A stretch of 53,003 bases of DNA from the NCBI GenBank assembly GCA_006226565.1, contig SBGO01000480.1, forward strand, positions 1-53,003, written 5' to 3'. Positions 1-9,334 of the stretch are shown in pieces; position 1 is the first letter of the stretch, and every line of letters starts with the position of its first letter. The stretch comes from Deltaproteobacteria bacterium. Lineage in GTDB: Bacteria; Myxococcota_A; UBA9042; PHBI01. Below the pieces are notes generated by a model. The model was not told the origin of the DNA and made no database searches. It saw nothing but the letters and a program-made list of their open reading frames with translations. The position numbers and the translations under genes were made by a program.

Positions 1-78
1 CGCTGCGTGCTCCCGCGCCCGCGGCGCTGCGTGCTCCCGCGGTGGCGCCTGCTCGCGCGCTCGCGCCTGGCGATGCCC

Positions 79-110
79 CAAAGAAAAAGGCCCCGTCTCG
101 CGACGGGGCC
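79..110 (-). terminator. Rho-independent terminator downstream of the DsbA-like gene
   Basis: Hairpin GGCCCCGTC-tcgc-GACGGGGCC followed on the minus strand by TTTTTCTTT. Confidence 0.8.
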
Positions 111-162
111 CTCTTCACCGCGCGAGCAGCCCGGGGGCGCTCACGCGGTCACGTAGGCGAAC

Positions 163-2163
163 CTACTTCTTCTGGAGGATGTACTTGTCGATGACGGTCG
201 TGAACGCCTCGAGGTTGTAGCCCGACGGCGAGTTGAACTTGCGACCGTTGATGTACAGGGTCGGGGTGCCACGGACGCCGGCCTCGCGGCCCTCGGCCAT
301 GTCGGCCTCGATCTGGCCCTTGTACTTGGCGCTGTCGAAGCACGCGGTGAACTTCGTCTCGTCGAGGCCGACCGCCTTGGCGTAGCCCTTGATGTCGTCG
401 TTGCTGAGCGCCTTCTGGTTGTCGAACAGCTGGTCGTGAAGCTCCCAGAACTTGCCCTGCTCCAGGGCGCAGAGCGCGGCGAGGGACGCGGGCATCGCGC
501 TCTTGTGGAAGCTCAGCGGGAAGTGCTTGAAGACGACGGCGACGTCATCGCCGTAGTGCTTCTCCACCTCGGCCAGCGGGGCCTTGACGCGCGAGCAGAA
601 GGGGCACTGGAAGTCGCTGAAGAGCGTGATGACGATCTTGGCGTCCTTCTTGCCGTGCACCGCCGTGGACTCGGTGAACTTGAACTCGTTGACCTTCTCC
701 TCGAGGGGCTCGAAGACCTTGCCGTTCTTGACGATCTCCTCGTAGAGGGCCTGGCCCTTGGCACCCTTGGTGCTGGCGAGCGCCTCGGCCTTCTTGATCT
801 CCTCGTCGATGACCGTCTTGAACTCCTCGACCGGCTTGGCGCCGGTGAGCTTGCGGCCGTTCACGAAGGTGTTCGGGGTCCCGCGGGCGGTGACCTTACC
901 GGCGAGCTCCTGGTCGGCCAGGATCTGCTCCTTGTACTTGTTCGCCGCCACGCAGGCCTTGAACTTGTCCATGTCGAGGCCGAGCTCGCTGGCGTAGGTC
1001 TCGAGGTTGGCGGCCTCGAGGGCGCGCTGGTTGTCGAAGAGCTTGTCGTGCATCTCCCAGAACTTGCCCTGCTCCTTGGCGCAGAGCGCGGCCTCGCCGG
1101 CGCCCTGGGCGTTCTTGTGGAACGGGAGCGGGTTCGACTTGAAGACCATGCGGATCTTGCCCTCGTAGTCCTTCATGAGCTGGTCGAGGGTCGGGCGAAC
1201 CTTGCTGCAGAAGGGGCACTGGAACTCGCTGAAGACGACCATCGTCACGAGCGCGTCCTCGGCGCCCTTGACCGGATCGACCTGCGGGTTGACGTCGACC
1301 TTGTAGACGGTGCGGTCGACCGGGCGCTGCTGGCGCGGCGGGGTCTTCGGGGGGGTCTTGCCGGCGAAGACGTAGTCGAAGAGCGCCTGGTTGTTCGCCT
1401 TCGAGCGCTCCTTGATCCAGTCCATGCCCGTCTTGTTCGCCTTCGTCGCCTCGGCGACCTCGGCGTCGATGACGGCCTTGAACTGCTCGAAGGGCTGGGC
1501 GCCGCGGAGGTTCTTGCCGTTGATGAAGAACGACGGGGTGCCGGTGGCGCCGAGGGCGGTCGCGATGGCCTGGTTCGAGTCGATGAACTTGTCGGCCTCG
1601 GGGTCCGCGAAGTCCTTCTTGAACTGGTCCATGTTCAGGCCGAGCTCCTGAGCGTAGCGCTCGAGGTCAGCCTGCTTGAGGGCCTTCTGGTTCGCGAAGA
1701 GCTTCTCGTGCATCTCCCAGAACTTGCCCTGCTTCATCGCGGCGATCGACGCCTTCGAGGCCGGGCGCGCGTCCTTGTGGAAGGACAGCGGGTTCTGCAT
1801 GAAGGTGACCTGCACCTTGTCGCCGTACTCCTGCTTGATCTTCGCGATCGTCGGCTCGACGCGGCTGCAGAAGGGGCACTGGTAGTCCGAGAACTCGATG
1901 ATCTGGACGACCGCGTTGGGGGCGTTGGTGCTCGGCGGAGCCAGCGCACCGCCGACCGCGCCGACGGCCTGGGCCTCGGCGACGGCGGCGCCAGTGGGCG
2001 CCATCTCGGGGTTGGCGGCCTCACCAGGGCCGGCGGCGCCGCGGGCACCCTCGGCGGGGGCGGCGGGCGGAACCTGGGCGCCCTCGGGGGGAGTCGCGTC
2101 CTTCTTGCCACACGCGACGAGCAGCATCGCGGCGGACAGGACGGCAGTAAGCCTGAGCATCAT
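163..2163 (-). CDS. Lipoprotein with three tandem DsbA/thioredoxin-like domains
   Basis: Three (D/E)(Y/F)QCPFCS motifs, each followed by a PL.FH and a GTP cis-Pro motif; lipobox LLVAC; ATG 2163 preceded by AGGAGG. Confidence 0.9.
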   Translation of the reverse strand: MMLRLTAVLSAAMLLVACGKKDATPPEGAQVPPAAPAEGARGAAGPGEAANPEMAPTGAAVAEAQAVGAVGGALAPPSTNAPNAVVQIIEFSDYQCPFCSRVEPTIAKIKQEYGDKVQVTFMQNPLSFHKDARPASKASIAAMKQGKFWEMHEKLFANQKALKQADLERYAQELGLNMDQFKKDFADPEADKFIDSNQAIATALGATGTPSFFINGKNLRGAQPFEQFKAVIDAEVAEATKANKTGMDWIKERSKANNQALFDYVFAGKTPPKTPPRQQRPVDRTVYKVDVNPQVDPVKGAEDALVTMVVFSEFQCPFCSKVRPTLDQLMKDYEGKIRMVFKSNPLPFHKNAQGAGEAALCAKEQGKFWEMHDKLFDNQRALEAANLETYASELGLDMDKFKACVAANKYKEQILADQELAGKVTARGTPNTFVNGRKLTGAKPVEEFKTVIDEEIKKAEALASTKGAKGQALYEEIVKNGKVFEPLEEKVNEFKFTESTAVHGKKDAKIVITLFSDFQCPFCSRVKAPLAEVEKHYGDDVAVVFKHFPLSFHKSAMPASLAALCALEQGKFWELHDQLFDNQKALSNDDIKGYAKAVGLDETKFTACFDSAKYKGQIEADMAEGREAGVRGTPTLYINGRKFNSPSGYNLEAFTTVIDKYILQKK

Positions 2164-2371
2164 CGTCGAAAAACCTCCTGAGCCGATCCCTGGGTCATGT
2201 GTCGGGGTCGGGCTATCTACAAAGATGGCCACTGCGGGGATGGCCGGTGTGTCGGCCTTCGGCCTCGAAAATGCCGCGGGACTATGTCACAAGCGGTCTG
2301 GCCCCGCAACGCCGAAGCCCTGGGGGCTCTGGCCCCCCTGAAACGTGGTCCGAAGCGCAAAGGTTCACCCC

Positions 2372-4003
2372 ATGGCGAGAAATCTCCGACCCGACTCTCG
2401 AGCCCTCCTCCGCGCGGCGTCACGGCGCTCCCTCCTGCTCCTGACGGTGGTGGTGGCGGGCTGCAGGGGAGACGCCGGCGAGCGCCCGGGGCCGGCCACG
2501 GTCGCGCCCCCGGTGGCGGTCGTCGACACGGCCGCGCCGAGCGTCGTCACGCCGGGCGAGGGCCCGACGGATCCGCGCCCGGCCGTCGCGGGGACGGCGC
2601 CCGTCGCGGTCGAGCCGGCGCTCGTCGAGCAGGCGCTGCGCGTCCTCGAGGGCGCCGGTCGGGACACCTGGTTCGGCGTCTACATGGGCGCGCGCAAGGT
2701 CGGCAACGGGCACATCGTGTACCGCCGCAGCGAGCCGGGCGAGGCGGGGGCCTTCGCGGCGATCGTCGACCTGGAGATGACGCTCGAGGCCGGGGGGCGT
2801 CAGGCGCGGATGACCGCCTCGGAGCGACGCTTCTACGCGGCCGCGCCGTCTCTCGGCCTGGTCGCGGCCGAGATGGAGATGAGCGCCTCCGGCGTGCGGG
2901 ACCTGCGGCGTGGCCGCAACTCCGCGGACGGGATGCACATCTCGCGGACCCTCAACGGCGAGCCGCAGCCGGAGCGCTCGGTCGCCGGCTCCCGCGACAG
3001 CCTCGCGTACCTCGCGGTGACCAACCCGGCCGCGCCGGAGCAGCTCGCCCCCGGAGCGGAGCGCACGATCTACGCCTGGGATTGGGAGAGCGAGGCGGAC
3101 GACGAGGTCCTGGTCAAGGTGGACGCGATCGACCGTCGCCTCATCGCCGGCATCGAGAGCCACGTCGCGACGCTGTCCCTGGTCTACGAGGCGAGCGGCA
3201 TCACCATGAAGAGCCGGGTCGCCGACGGCGGGAGCGTGCTCGTGATGAGCCTCGGGCCGGCGCTCACGCTCCGGCAGGAGGAGGAGGAGGTCGCCAAGAG
3301 CGGCATCGTCGGGCTCGACGTGGCGGAGAGCGGCATCCCGGTGAAGACCGCGCTCGGCGATCCCGAGAAGATCTCGCGGCTCGTCCTGTCGTCCCGCCTG
3401 CCGGAAGGCTTCCGGCTGCCGAGCGGGCCCCGCCAGCAGCTCACGGCCGGGGAGGGCGGAGCGACGCTCATCACGATCGTGCGCGGCGTCGGCGCGCCGG
3501 TGACGGCGGAGGAGCGCGCGGCCGCGCTCGCCGAGGACGCGACCGTCGACTGGAAGGCGAAGCCGGTGCGGGAGCTCGCGGCGACGCTCACCGCCGGCCT
3601 CGAGACGCCGCGCGCCAAGGCCGACGCGCTCGCGGCCTGGGTCCACGACAACCTCGCCAAGCGCCTGGCCACCCACCTCCCGACGGCGTCGGCGGTGCTC
3701 GAGCGGCGGGTCGGCGACTGCACCGAGCACACCTGGCTCTTCACCGCCCTCGCGCGCGCGGCGGGGCTGCCCGCCCGCCCGGTCTACGGGGTCGCCTACG
3801 CCGGGGATCTCGAGCGGCGCTTCGCCTACCACGCCTGGGCCGAGGTCGAGATCGACGGCACCTGGCAGGCGCTCGACCCGACCTGGGGCGAGGCGGTCGC
3901 GGACGCCACCCACGTGCAGCTCGGCGCGGACCTCAAGCACGTCGGCGCGGCCCTCGGCGGGCTCACCTTCGAGGTGGTCTCCCACGAATCCGTGGGCGAC
4001 TGA
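2372..4003 (+). CDS. Transglutaminase-like domain lipoprotein
   Basis: GDCTEH, YHAWAEV and DPTW catalytic-triad motifs; VVVAGC lipobox-like signal; start uncertain. Confidence 0.85.
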   Translation: MARNLRPDSRALLRAASRRSLLLLTVVVAGCRGDAGERPGPATVAPPVAVVDTAAPSVVTPGEGPTDPRPAVAGTAPVAVEPALVEQALRVLEGAGRDTWFGVYMGARKVGNGHIVYRRSEPGEAGAFAAIVDLEMTLEAGGRQARMTASERRFYAAAPSLGLVAAEMEMSASGVRDLRRGRNSADGMHISRTLNGEPQPERSVAGSRDSLAYLAVTNPAAPEQLAPGAERTIYAWDWESEADDEVLVKVDAIDRRLIAGIESHVATLSLVYEASGITMKSRVADGGSVLVMSLGPALTLRQEEEEVAKSGIVGLDVAESGIPVKTALGDPEKISRLVLSSRLPEGFRLPSGPRQQLTAGEGGATLITIVRGVGAPVTAEERAAALAEDATVDWKAKPVRELAATLTAGLETPRAKADALAAWVHDNLAKRLATHLPTASAVLERRVGDCTEHTWLFTALARAAGLPARPVYGVAYAGDLERRFAYHAWAEVEIDGTWQALDPTWGEAVADATHVQLGADLKHVGAALGGLTFEVVSHESVGD

Positions 4004-4087
4004 GCCGGCTCGTCGGGATCGGGTCTTCCGCCGCGGGGCGGCTTGCGAGGCCCCGCCGAGGGGCCTCGCGGCTGGCGCCGACGCCTG

Positions 4088-5563
4088 TCAGGGCGTGGCG
4101 CTGTTCTTCTGGCCCGGCGTCCCCTGCTGGTTGTCCGGGCCGAAGTTCTTCGTGCCGGCTTCCCAGTTCTCCGGGACCGTTCCGTCGCCGGTCGGGTTGA
4201 CGCGCTCGAGGCTGCGGCCGGAGAAGAACTGCGTCCACGGCTCGAAGCGGCTGTAGCGGACCTGGTCGACGAGCGCCGAGCCGAACTGGTTGCCGTCGTA
4301 GAGGAGGATGCTGCCGACGGTGTTGGGCAGGTAGAAGCCCGTGCCGTAGGCGAGGTCCACCGGCACGCCGCCGTTGGTGTTGGAGTTCGAGTTCATCCCG
4401 ACGACGAGGTAGCTGCGCGGGGCGATGGTCAGGTTCGGCCCGGACAGGGTGAAGGCCTGATCGCCGCAGTCGCGGAGCTGCCAGCCCTGGATGTTCACCG
4501 GCTCGTTGGTCGGGTTGTAGAGCTCGATCCACTCCTGACCGAGGTCGCTGCCCCACGGGTCGGCCATGTGCTCGTTGATGACGATCTGCTTGGTCCCGGG
4601 GTCCTCGGCCGGCGCCTGGCACTCGGACGCGATGCACTTCGAGATGCCCGTCGACGCGCCCTTCTCGGTCCAGTCGAGGTCCGTCTCGTCGCGCGGCTCG
4701 ATCTTGAAGTTGCCGAAGGCGTAGTAGAGCGGGCCGGTGATGCTGGCGAAGTGGTCGCCGAGGCGGGCGTCCCAGTGGATCCCGAGGTCGTCGATCCGCA
4801 GGTTGCCGGTGACCGAGAACTCGCCGTACTCCTTGGGGCAGTCGGGCCGGGTGTTGACCGTCTCGACGTCCTCGACCCGCACCAGGACCCCCTCGAACAT
4901 CTCGGCGATGGCGCCCTCGGTGGCCAGGTGGGCCGGGTGCACGGGGACGTACGGGGCGGGCGGCGTGCCGGCGCTGATGCGCTCGTAGCTCTCCAGGTAG
5001 ACCTGGGTGTTCTCGTAGAACTCGGTGTAGCTGCCGGTGATGTTCACGCGGTCACCCACCGCCAGGTCGGTGTCGGTCGGCTCGCCGTGGGCGTAGACGG
5101 CGATGCCGCTGTACGGGCCGCCGTTCGCCTCCTGGACGAAGAAGGTGTCGCCGAAGAGGCCGGTGACGACGACGCCGTCGAGCTCGACGTAGTAGCCGGG
5201 GTTCTGCGTCGGCTCGGGCCAGACGTGGTCCGGGCACTGCGGGTCCTGGAGATCGTAGATGTTGATGCTGCCGCCCGGGTCCGAGCAGTTGCCGAAGCTC
5301 GCCACGACGTCGGCGTCGGGGATCGGCGGCGCCGTGTCGACGGGCGTCGTGTCGGCGATGAACGTGTCCACCAGGGTGGTGTCGCTGACGCCGTCGCTGT
5401 CCTCGAGGGCGTCTTCGACGGCGTCCTGGGTGCCGTCCTCGTCGACGACGAGGGTGTCGCCGTCGACCACGTCGGAGCCGGTGTCGGCCCCGCCGTTGTT
5501 GTCGTCCGAGCACGCGACGAGGAGGAGGACGGAAGCGAAAGCGGCGTAGCGAGTCCTGATCAC
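4088..5563 (-). CDS. Lamin-tail-domain-containing lipoprotein with OB-fold-like segments
   Basis: Lipobox LLVAC, acidic linker, IVINEHMADP...EWIELYN...GWQLRD LTD signature, C-terminal GTPG. Confidence 0.75.
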   Translation of the reverse strand: MIRTRYAAFASVLLLVACSDDNNGGADTGSDVVDGDTLVVDEDGTQDAVEDALEDSDGVSDTTLVDTFIADTTPVDTAPPIPDADVVASFGNCSDPGGSINIYDLQDPQCPDHVWPEPTQNPGYYVELDGVVVTGLFGDTFFVQEANGGPYSGIAVYAHGEPTDTDLAVGDRVNITGSYTEFYENTQVYLESYERISAGTPPAPYVPVHPAHLATEGAIAEMFEGVLVRVEDVETVNTRPDCPKEYGEFSVTGNLRIDDLGIHWDARLGDHFASITGPLYYAFGNFKIEPRDETDLDWTEKGASTGISKCIASECQAPAEDPGTKQIVINEHMADPWGSDLGQEWIELYNPTNEPVNIQGWQLRDCGDQAFTLSGPNLTIAPRSYLVVGMNSNSNTNGGVPVDLAYGTGFYLPNTVGSILLYDGNQFGSALVDQVRYSRFEPWTQFFSGRSLERVNPTGDGTVPENWEAGTKNFGPDNQQGTPGQKNSATP

Positions 5564-5710
5564 GGCGATCTCCCAAGGGCGACGTCCGCGGACAGTAGGC
5601 AGCCGGATCGGGTCGGGTCAAGGAGGAAGGGTGGGGACCGACAGGGCGAACCGCGGCGCGCACTGACCGGGCGGCCAGAGGCGCCGTCGCGGCCGATCCC
5701 GCGCGCCGTG

Positions 5711-6739
5711 CTACGGCGTCAGCACGACCTTGCCGAAGACCTCGCGACGCTCGAGGGCCGCGTGGGCGTCGGCGATGGCGTCGAGGGGCAGCACGCGATC
5801 GACGAGCGGCGTGAAGATCCCCCGATCGTAGAGGCGCACGAGCTGGTGGAACTCGGCCTTGCTCCCCATGGTGGAGCCGAGGATGGACTGGCTCTTGAAG
5901 AAGACGTGGCGCAGGTCGATCTTGGCGGCCGCGCCCGTGGTGGCGCCACACGTCACGAGGCGTCCGGCGCGCGCCAGGCACCGCATCGAGCGCTCGAAGG
6001 TCTCGCCGCCGACGTGCTCGAGGACGACGTCGGCGCCACGCTTGGCGGTCAGGGCCCGGACGCGCGCCGCGAAGTCCTCCGTCTTGTAGTTGATGACCTC
6101 GTCGGCGCCGATCGCGCGCGCCCGCTCGAGCTTCGCGTCGCTCCCGGCCGTGGCGATGACCCGCGCGCCGAGGAAGCGCGCGATCTGGATCCCGGCCGAG
6201 CTCACGCCGCTCCCGGCCGCGTGGACGAGGATCGTCTCGCCGCCGCGGAGCTCCGCGCGCGCCACCAGCATGTGCCAGGCGGTGAGCCAGGGCAGGGACA
6301 GCGCGGCCGCGTCGGTCCAGCTCAGCCGCTCGGGCTTCGGCACGACGTTCGCTCGGGGGACCACGACCCGCTCGGCGAGCCCGCCGTCGACGCCCTCGCC
6401 GAGGATGGCGTAGCGCGCGCAGAGGTGGTCGAGCCCCGCGACGCAGCGCTCGCAGCGGCCGCAGGAGACGCCGGGGGCGACCATGACGGGCGCGCCGACG
6501 GCGACGTCGTCGACGCCGGGCCCGAGGGCGGCGATCTCGCCGGCGATGTCGGCGCCGCCGATGCGCGGGAGGTGGAAGCCGGCGCCGGGGATGCCGCGCC
6601 GGACCCACAGATCGAGGTGGTTGATGGCGCAGGCCCGCACCCGCACCGCGACCTCGCCCGGTCCGGGCTCCGGGGTCGGGATCTCCTCGACCCGGATCAC
6701 CTCGGGTCCTCCGTGCTCGCGAACGATGGCGGCTCTCAT
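5711..6739 (-). CDS. Zinc-binding alcohol dehydrogenase/quinone oxidoreductase (MDR family)
   Basis: CGRCERC...C structural Zn site, HAAGSGV nucleotide-binding motif, C-terminal GKVVL. Confidence 0.9.
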   Translation of the reverse strand: MRAAIVREHGGPEVIRVEEIPTPEPGPGEVAVRVRACAINHLDLWVRRGIPGAGFHLPRIGGADIAGEIAALGPGVDDVAVGAPVMVAPGVSCGRCERCVAGLDHLCARYAILGEGVDGGLAERVVVPRANVVPKPERLSWTDAAALSLPWLTAWHMLVARAELRGGETILVHAAGSGVSSAGIQIARFLGARVIATAGSDAKLERARAIGADEVINYKTEDFAARVRALTAKRGADVVLEHVGGETFERSMRCLARAGRLVTCGATTGAAAKIDLRHVFFKSQSILGSTMGSKAEFHQLVRLYDRGIFTPLVDRVLPLDAIADAHAALERREVFGKVVLTP

Positions 6740-6836
6740 CGGCGTCCTCCTGAGTCGGCCCACGAAAGCGCCACGGCGCGGGGCCTGTCAACCGGAGGGC
6801 TCGCCAGGACTCGGCCGGTTGCGGTAGGGTCCGCTC

Positions 6837-7169
6837 GTGCTTCGGATCGTCGCCACCGTGATGTCCCTCGTCGTCCCCGGGAGCGGTCAGCTGCTCCGCG
6901 GGCGGCTGCGCGACGGGCTCCTGTTCCTGTGGGCGACCCTGTGGTTCCACGTCCTGACCCTCGGGGCGCTGCTCGCGGCCTACCCGAAGCTCGAGGACCT
7001 GCCGCTGACCTTCGCGGTGGGAGCCTTCGGCGTGCCGCGCGGGTTCGCGGTGCCGGTCGCCACGGTCTTCACGCTCGTGGTGATCGCGCTCCACGCCTGG
7101 GCGGCGCGGGACGCCTACGCCGACAAGCGCAACCCGTCGGCTCGCGAGGTCGCCGCGCGGCAGGCGTAG
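6837..7169 (+). CDS. Small hypothetical membrane protein
   Basis: SLVVPGSGQL motif plus hydrophobic helices; host-like codon usage. Confidence 0.65.
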   Translation: MLRIVATVMSLVVPGSGQLLRGRLRDGLLFLWATLWFHVLTLGALLAAYPKLEDLPLTFAVGAFGVPRGFAVPVATVFTLVVIALHAWAARDAYADKRNPSAREVAARQA

Positions 7170-7300
7170 CGCGACGTCGCTCCGGACGGGGGCGAGGGCG
7201 CTCGGACGCGCGGCGCTGGCCGAAGGACGCCGCCCGAGGCACGCGGAGACGCTGCACGGGGCTGGCCTGGACGAACCGAGGCCAGCCCCGAACAGACGAC

Positions 7301-7330
7301 GGGCGAGGTGGCGCGGGGCCGACCTCGCCC
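7301..7330 (-). terminator. GC-rich hairpin directly after the 6S RNA 3' end
   Basis: GGGCGAGGT...ACCTCGCCC inverted repeat. Confidence 0.45.
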
Positions 7331-7331
7331 G

Positions 7332-7527
7332 GGTGAGTACCGTTGGTGACGTCCAGCAAGACCGGATCTAAACCCAATATCCCTCGCAGGTGGGCTTCGA
7401 GGTATCCACTTTAGGCTTCCTGCTACCAGGGCAGGCATGCACACCGTGGACAGGGACGAACCCCGGGTTCAGATCTAGGGTTTAGACATATGTGGCCGAG
7501 CTGAGTCGTACACCACAGTCATCTCAC
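7332..7527 (-). ncRNA. ssrS: 6S RNA
   Basis: Minus strand folds as a ~195-nt rod (GTGAG/CTCAC, TGGTG/CACCA, TCTAAACCC/GGGTTTAGA, TCCAC/GTGGA) around a central bubble; terminal GGTGTGCATGCCTG...CAGGAAGCCTAAA resembles the 6S GCATG...GAAGCC motif; TGCTACTTT extended -10 just upstream. Confidence 0.8.
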
Positions 7528-8041
7528 ACCCCGAAAGTAGCACGGGTTTTCGGCCAGGTCACCCCAGAGGAGCGGTTTTTCGCTTCCGCCCCGAGGGGGG
7601 ACCCGGGGCGGGGTGCAACCCTTTGTAATCACTGTGATGCGAGGGTGTTCTCCGGCGTGGCGGCCGGGCCCGTGCCGGCGCGGAGCCGCCGCGGCGTCCG
7701 GATGGCCGTGGCGGCGCGGAACCCCGCGTTGCGAAATGCGAAAACCGCAAGGCTGCCCACCGCCTGCGGCAGCTCGGTGCGGTCCTCTGTCGCACCGCAA
7801 GCGGCGCGCGGATCGTCAATGACCACGCCGCTCTCCGTGCGCTGCAACGGCGCGCGGATCGCCCGAGCCACGCCAGCGTGCCGGGGCGCGAGCGGACCAA
7901 CCTCGCGGACCCGCACCCCCGGGGCGCCGACACGGAGCTCACCCGTCCTCGACAGGGGAGGACCAGGAAGCCTCTGGTCCACGGCGCGGCGGCGCGACGA
8001 CCCGGCTGGGAAGCGGTCGACGCCGCGTGCCCTGAAACGAC

Positions 8042-8069
8042 GAAAGCCCCCGATTTCTCGGGGGCTTTC
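8042..8069 (-). terminator. Hairpin, probably the original tRNA-Leu terminator, now next to the displaced tRNA 3' fragment
   Basis: GAAAGCCCCCGA-tttc-TCGGGGGCTTTC perfect stem immediately after the duplicated CCA end. Confidence 0.75.
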
Positions 8070-8132
<63 letters not shown>

Positions 8133-8312
8133 TGAGAGCCAAGCGCCATGCGGGCTTCCGCCACAGTAACGATCAATCGGGCCCGGATTTCCGTCAACCC
8201 CGCTTGGTGCTTGGTTCCGCGAGTCTCAGCTCGGTCGGGCAGCTCACACATACGGCGGCGCACAGGATGGTGCCGTCGATGCGATGTAAGTCCTCGGATT
8301 GTCGGAGGTAAC

Positions 8313-8603
8313 ATGGTTGACCCCACCCCCCTCGACGGAGGCGACGGCACCATCACCGTCGGCCAGGCGCGACGGCTCAACATCGCCGACCCGAAGAGGG
8401 GGCCGGAGACGCTCAACCGGGTCGCGCGTTGGATGCTGACGGGCGCGATCCGGCCGGACCTCGCCCGGACCTTCGCGTACCTGGCGCAGGTCGCCGTGCG
8501 AGCGTCCGACGTGGCCGACCTCGCCGAGCGCCTCGACGCCCTCGAGGATGCGCTGAAGGGTCGGGACATGACAACCGCAGGAGGGCGTCATGCGAAGCAC
8601 TGA
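8313..8603 (+). CDS. Small hypothetical protein with C-terminal LAERLDALE coiled coil (DUF5681-like)
   Basis: GGAGGT RBS before ATG 8313; GAIRPDLA...LAERLDALE pattern resembles small proteins of integrative/satellite elements. Confidence 0.6.
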   Translation: MVDPTPLDGGDGTITVGQARRLNIADPKRGPETLNRVARWMLTGAIRPDLARTFAYLAQVAVRASDVADLAERLDALEDALKGRDMTTAGGRHAKH

Positions 8604-8781
8604 CCGCAAGCGACTCGATCGCCTGACCACAAGCGCGGACGGGGTTTGCCGCTACTGCGGCCGAGGGCCCGCGTCGGAAGAGCAACAGCGTGAGCTGACG
8701 GACGAGGAGGTCGCCGAGATTCTGCTTCTCGCGGCCGATGCCTTGAGGTTCGTGGACTGGGGCGCCGGTCAAGACGACTGA
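8590..8781 (+). CDS. Small hypothetical protein with CxxC
   Basis: GGAGGG RBS, overlaps the upstream gene end, CRYC motif. Confidence 0.45.
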   Translation: MRSTDRKRLDRLTTSADGVCRYCGRGPASEEQQRELTDEEVAEILLLAADALRFVDWGAGQDD

Positions 8782-9124
8782 GTGGAAGGCGACCGACCAT
8801 CTCCGGTCGGCGCGGAGCCGCGGCTCGCGGCGACGCCAAGCAGGCATCGAACGTGCGTGCGGCTCGTTGCGAGTTGGGGGCCGCCGCCCCACGTGCTCCG
8901 CACCGTGCGGGTCGCGCCGTTGCCGCGGTTGATGGGCACGTTAGCCTCTGCCCGTGGACCCTGCGGCGGCGAGCCGAGCGGCACTGTCCGGTCGACAAAG
9001 GGAGAGTACGCGTTGAACATGGTGGTTGTGCCGGCTGAGTTGCCTTCCACGTCGACGCTCGCGATTGCGATCTCGTGCAGCGCGCGATCGACGCCGGCCA
9101 CCTGAAGCGATGTGAGGTCGAGTC

Positions 9125-9334
9125 ATGAGGTTCATCGTAGTCGAGCGCGGTCCGATCCTGTGCAGGTTCAAAGACGGCTCGGTCGGAGTGATACCGAACC
9201 CGAACGACGACGAGGCGATGATGCGTGGCGTCGTCGAGGCCGAGACGCGCGATGAGGCGCTCGCGAAGGCTCAAGCCACTATCAAACTCGATGGTGACTC
9301 GGAACACTACACGCTCGACGTCATCGCGGACTAG
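9125..9334 (+). CDS. Small hypothetical protein
   Basis: GAGG RBS, protein-like composition, ATGA overlap with the upstream frame. Confidence 0.55.
   Translation: MRFIVVERGPILCRFKDGSVGVIPNPNDDEAMMRGVVEAETRDEALAKAQATIKLDGDSEHYTLDVIAD

Noticed and set aside
1-41. 17-bp sequence repeated at 1-17 and 25-41
   Set aside because: Only two GC-rich copies at the window edge; too short for CRISPR or REP assignment
436-7336. Long alternative-frame ORFs (e.g. 436-2181+, 2197-4200+, 4043-7336+) and similar ones window-wide (31541-35278-, 39918-42779+)
   Set aside because: Shadow ORFs of real genes caused by high GC3; Arg/Gly-rich or antisense translations without motifs
7330-7640. Possible oriC (A/T-richer, GTATCCACT resembling a DnaA box)
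   Set aside because: No array of DnaA boxes; better explained by the 6S RNA structure and its promoter
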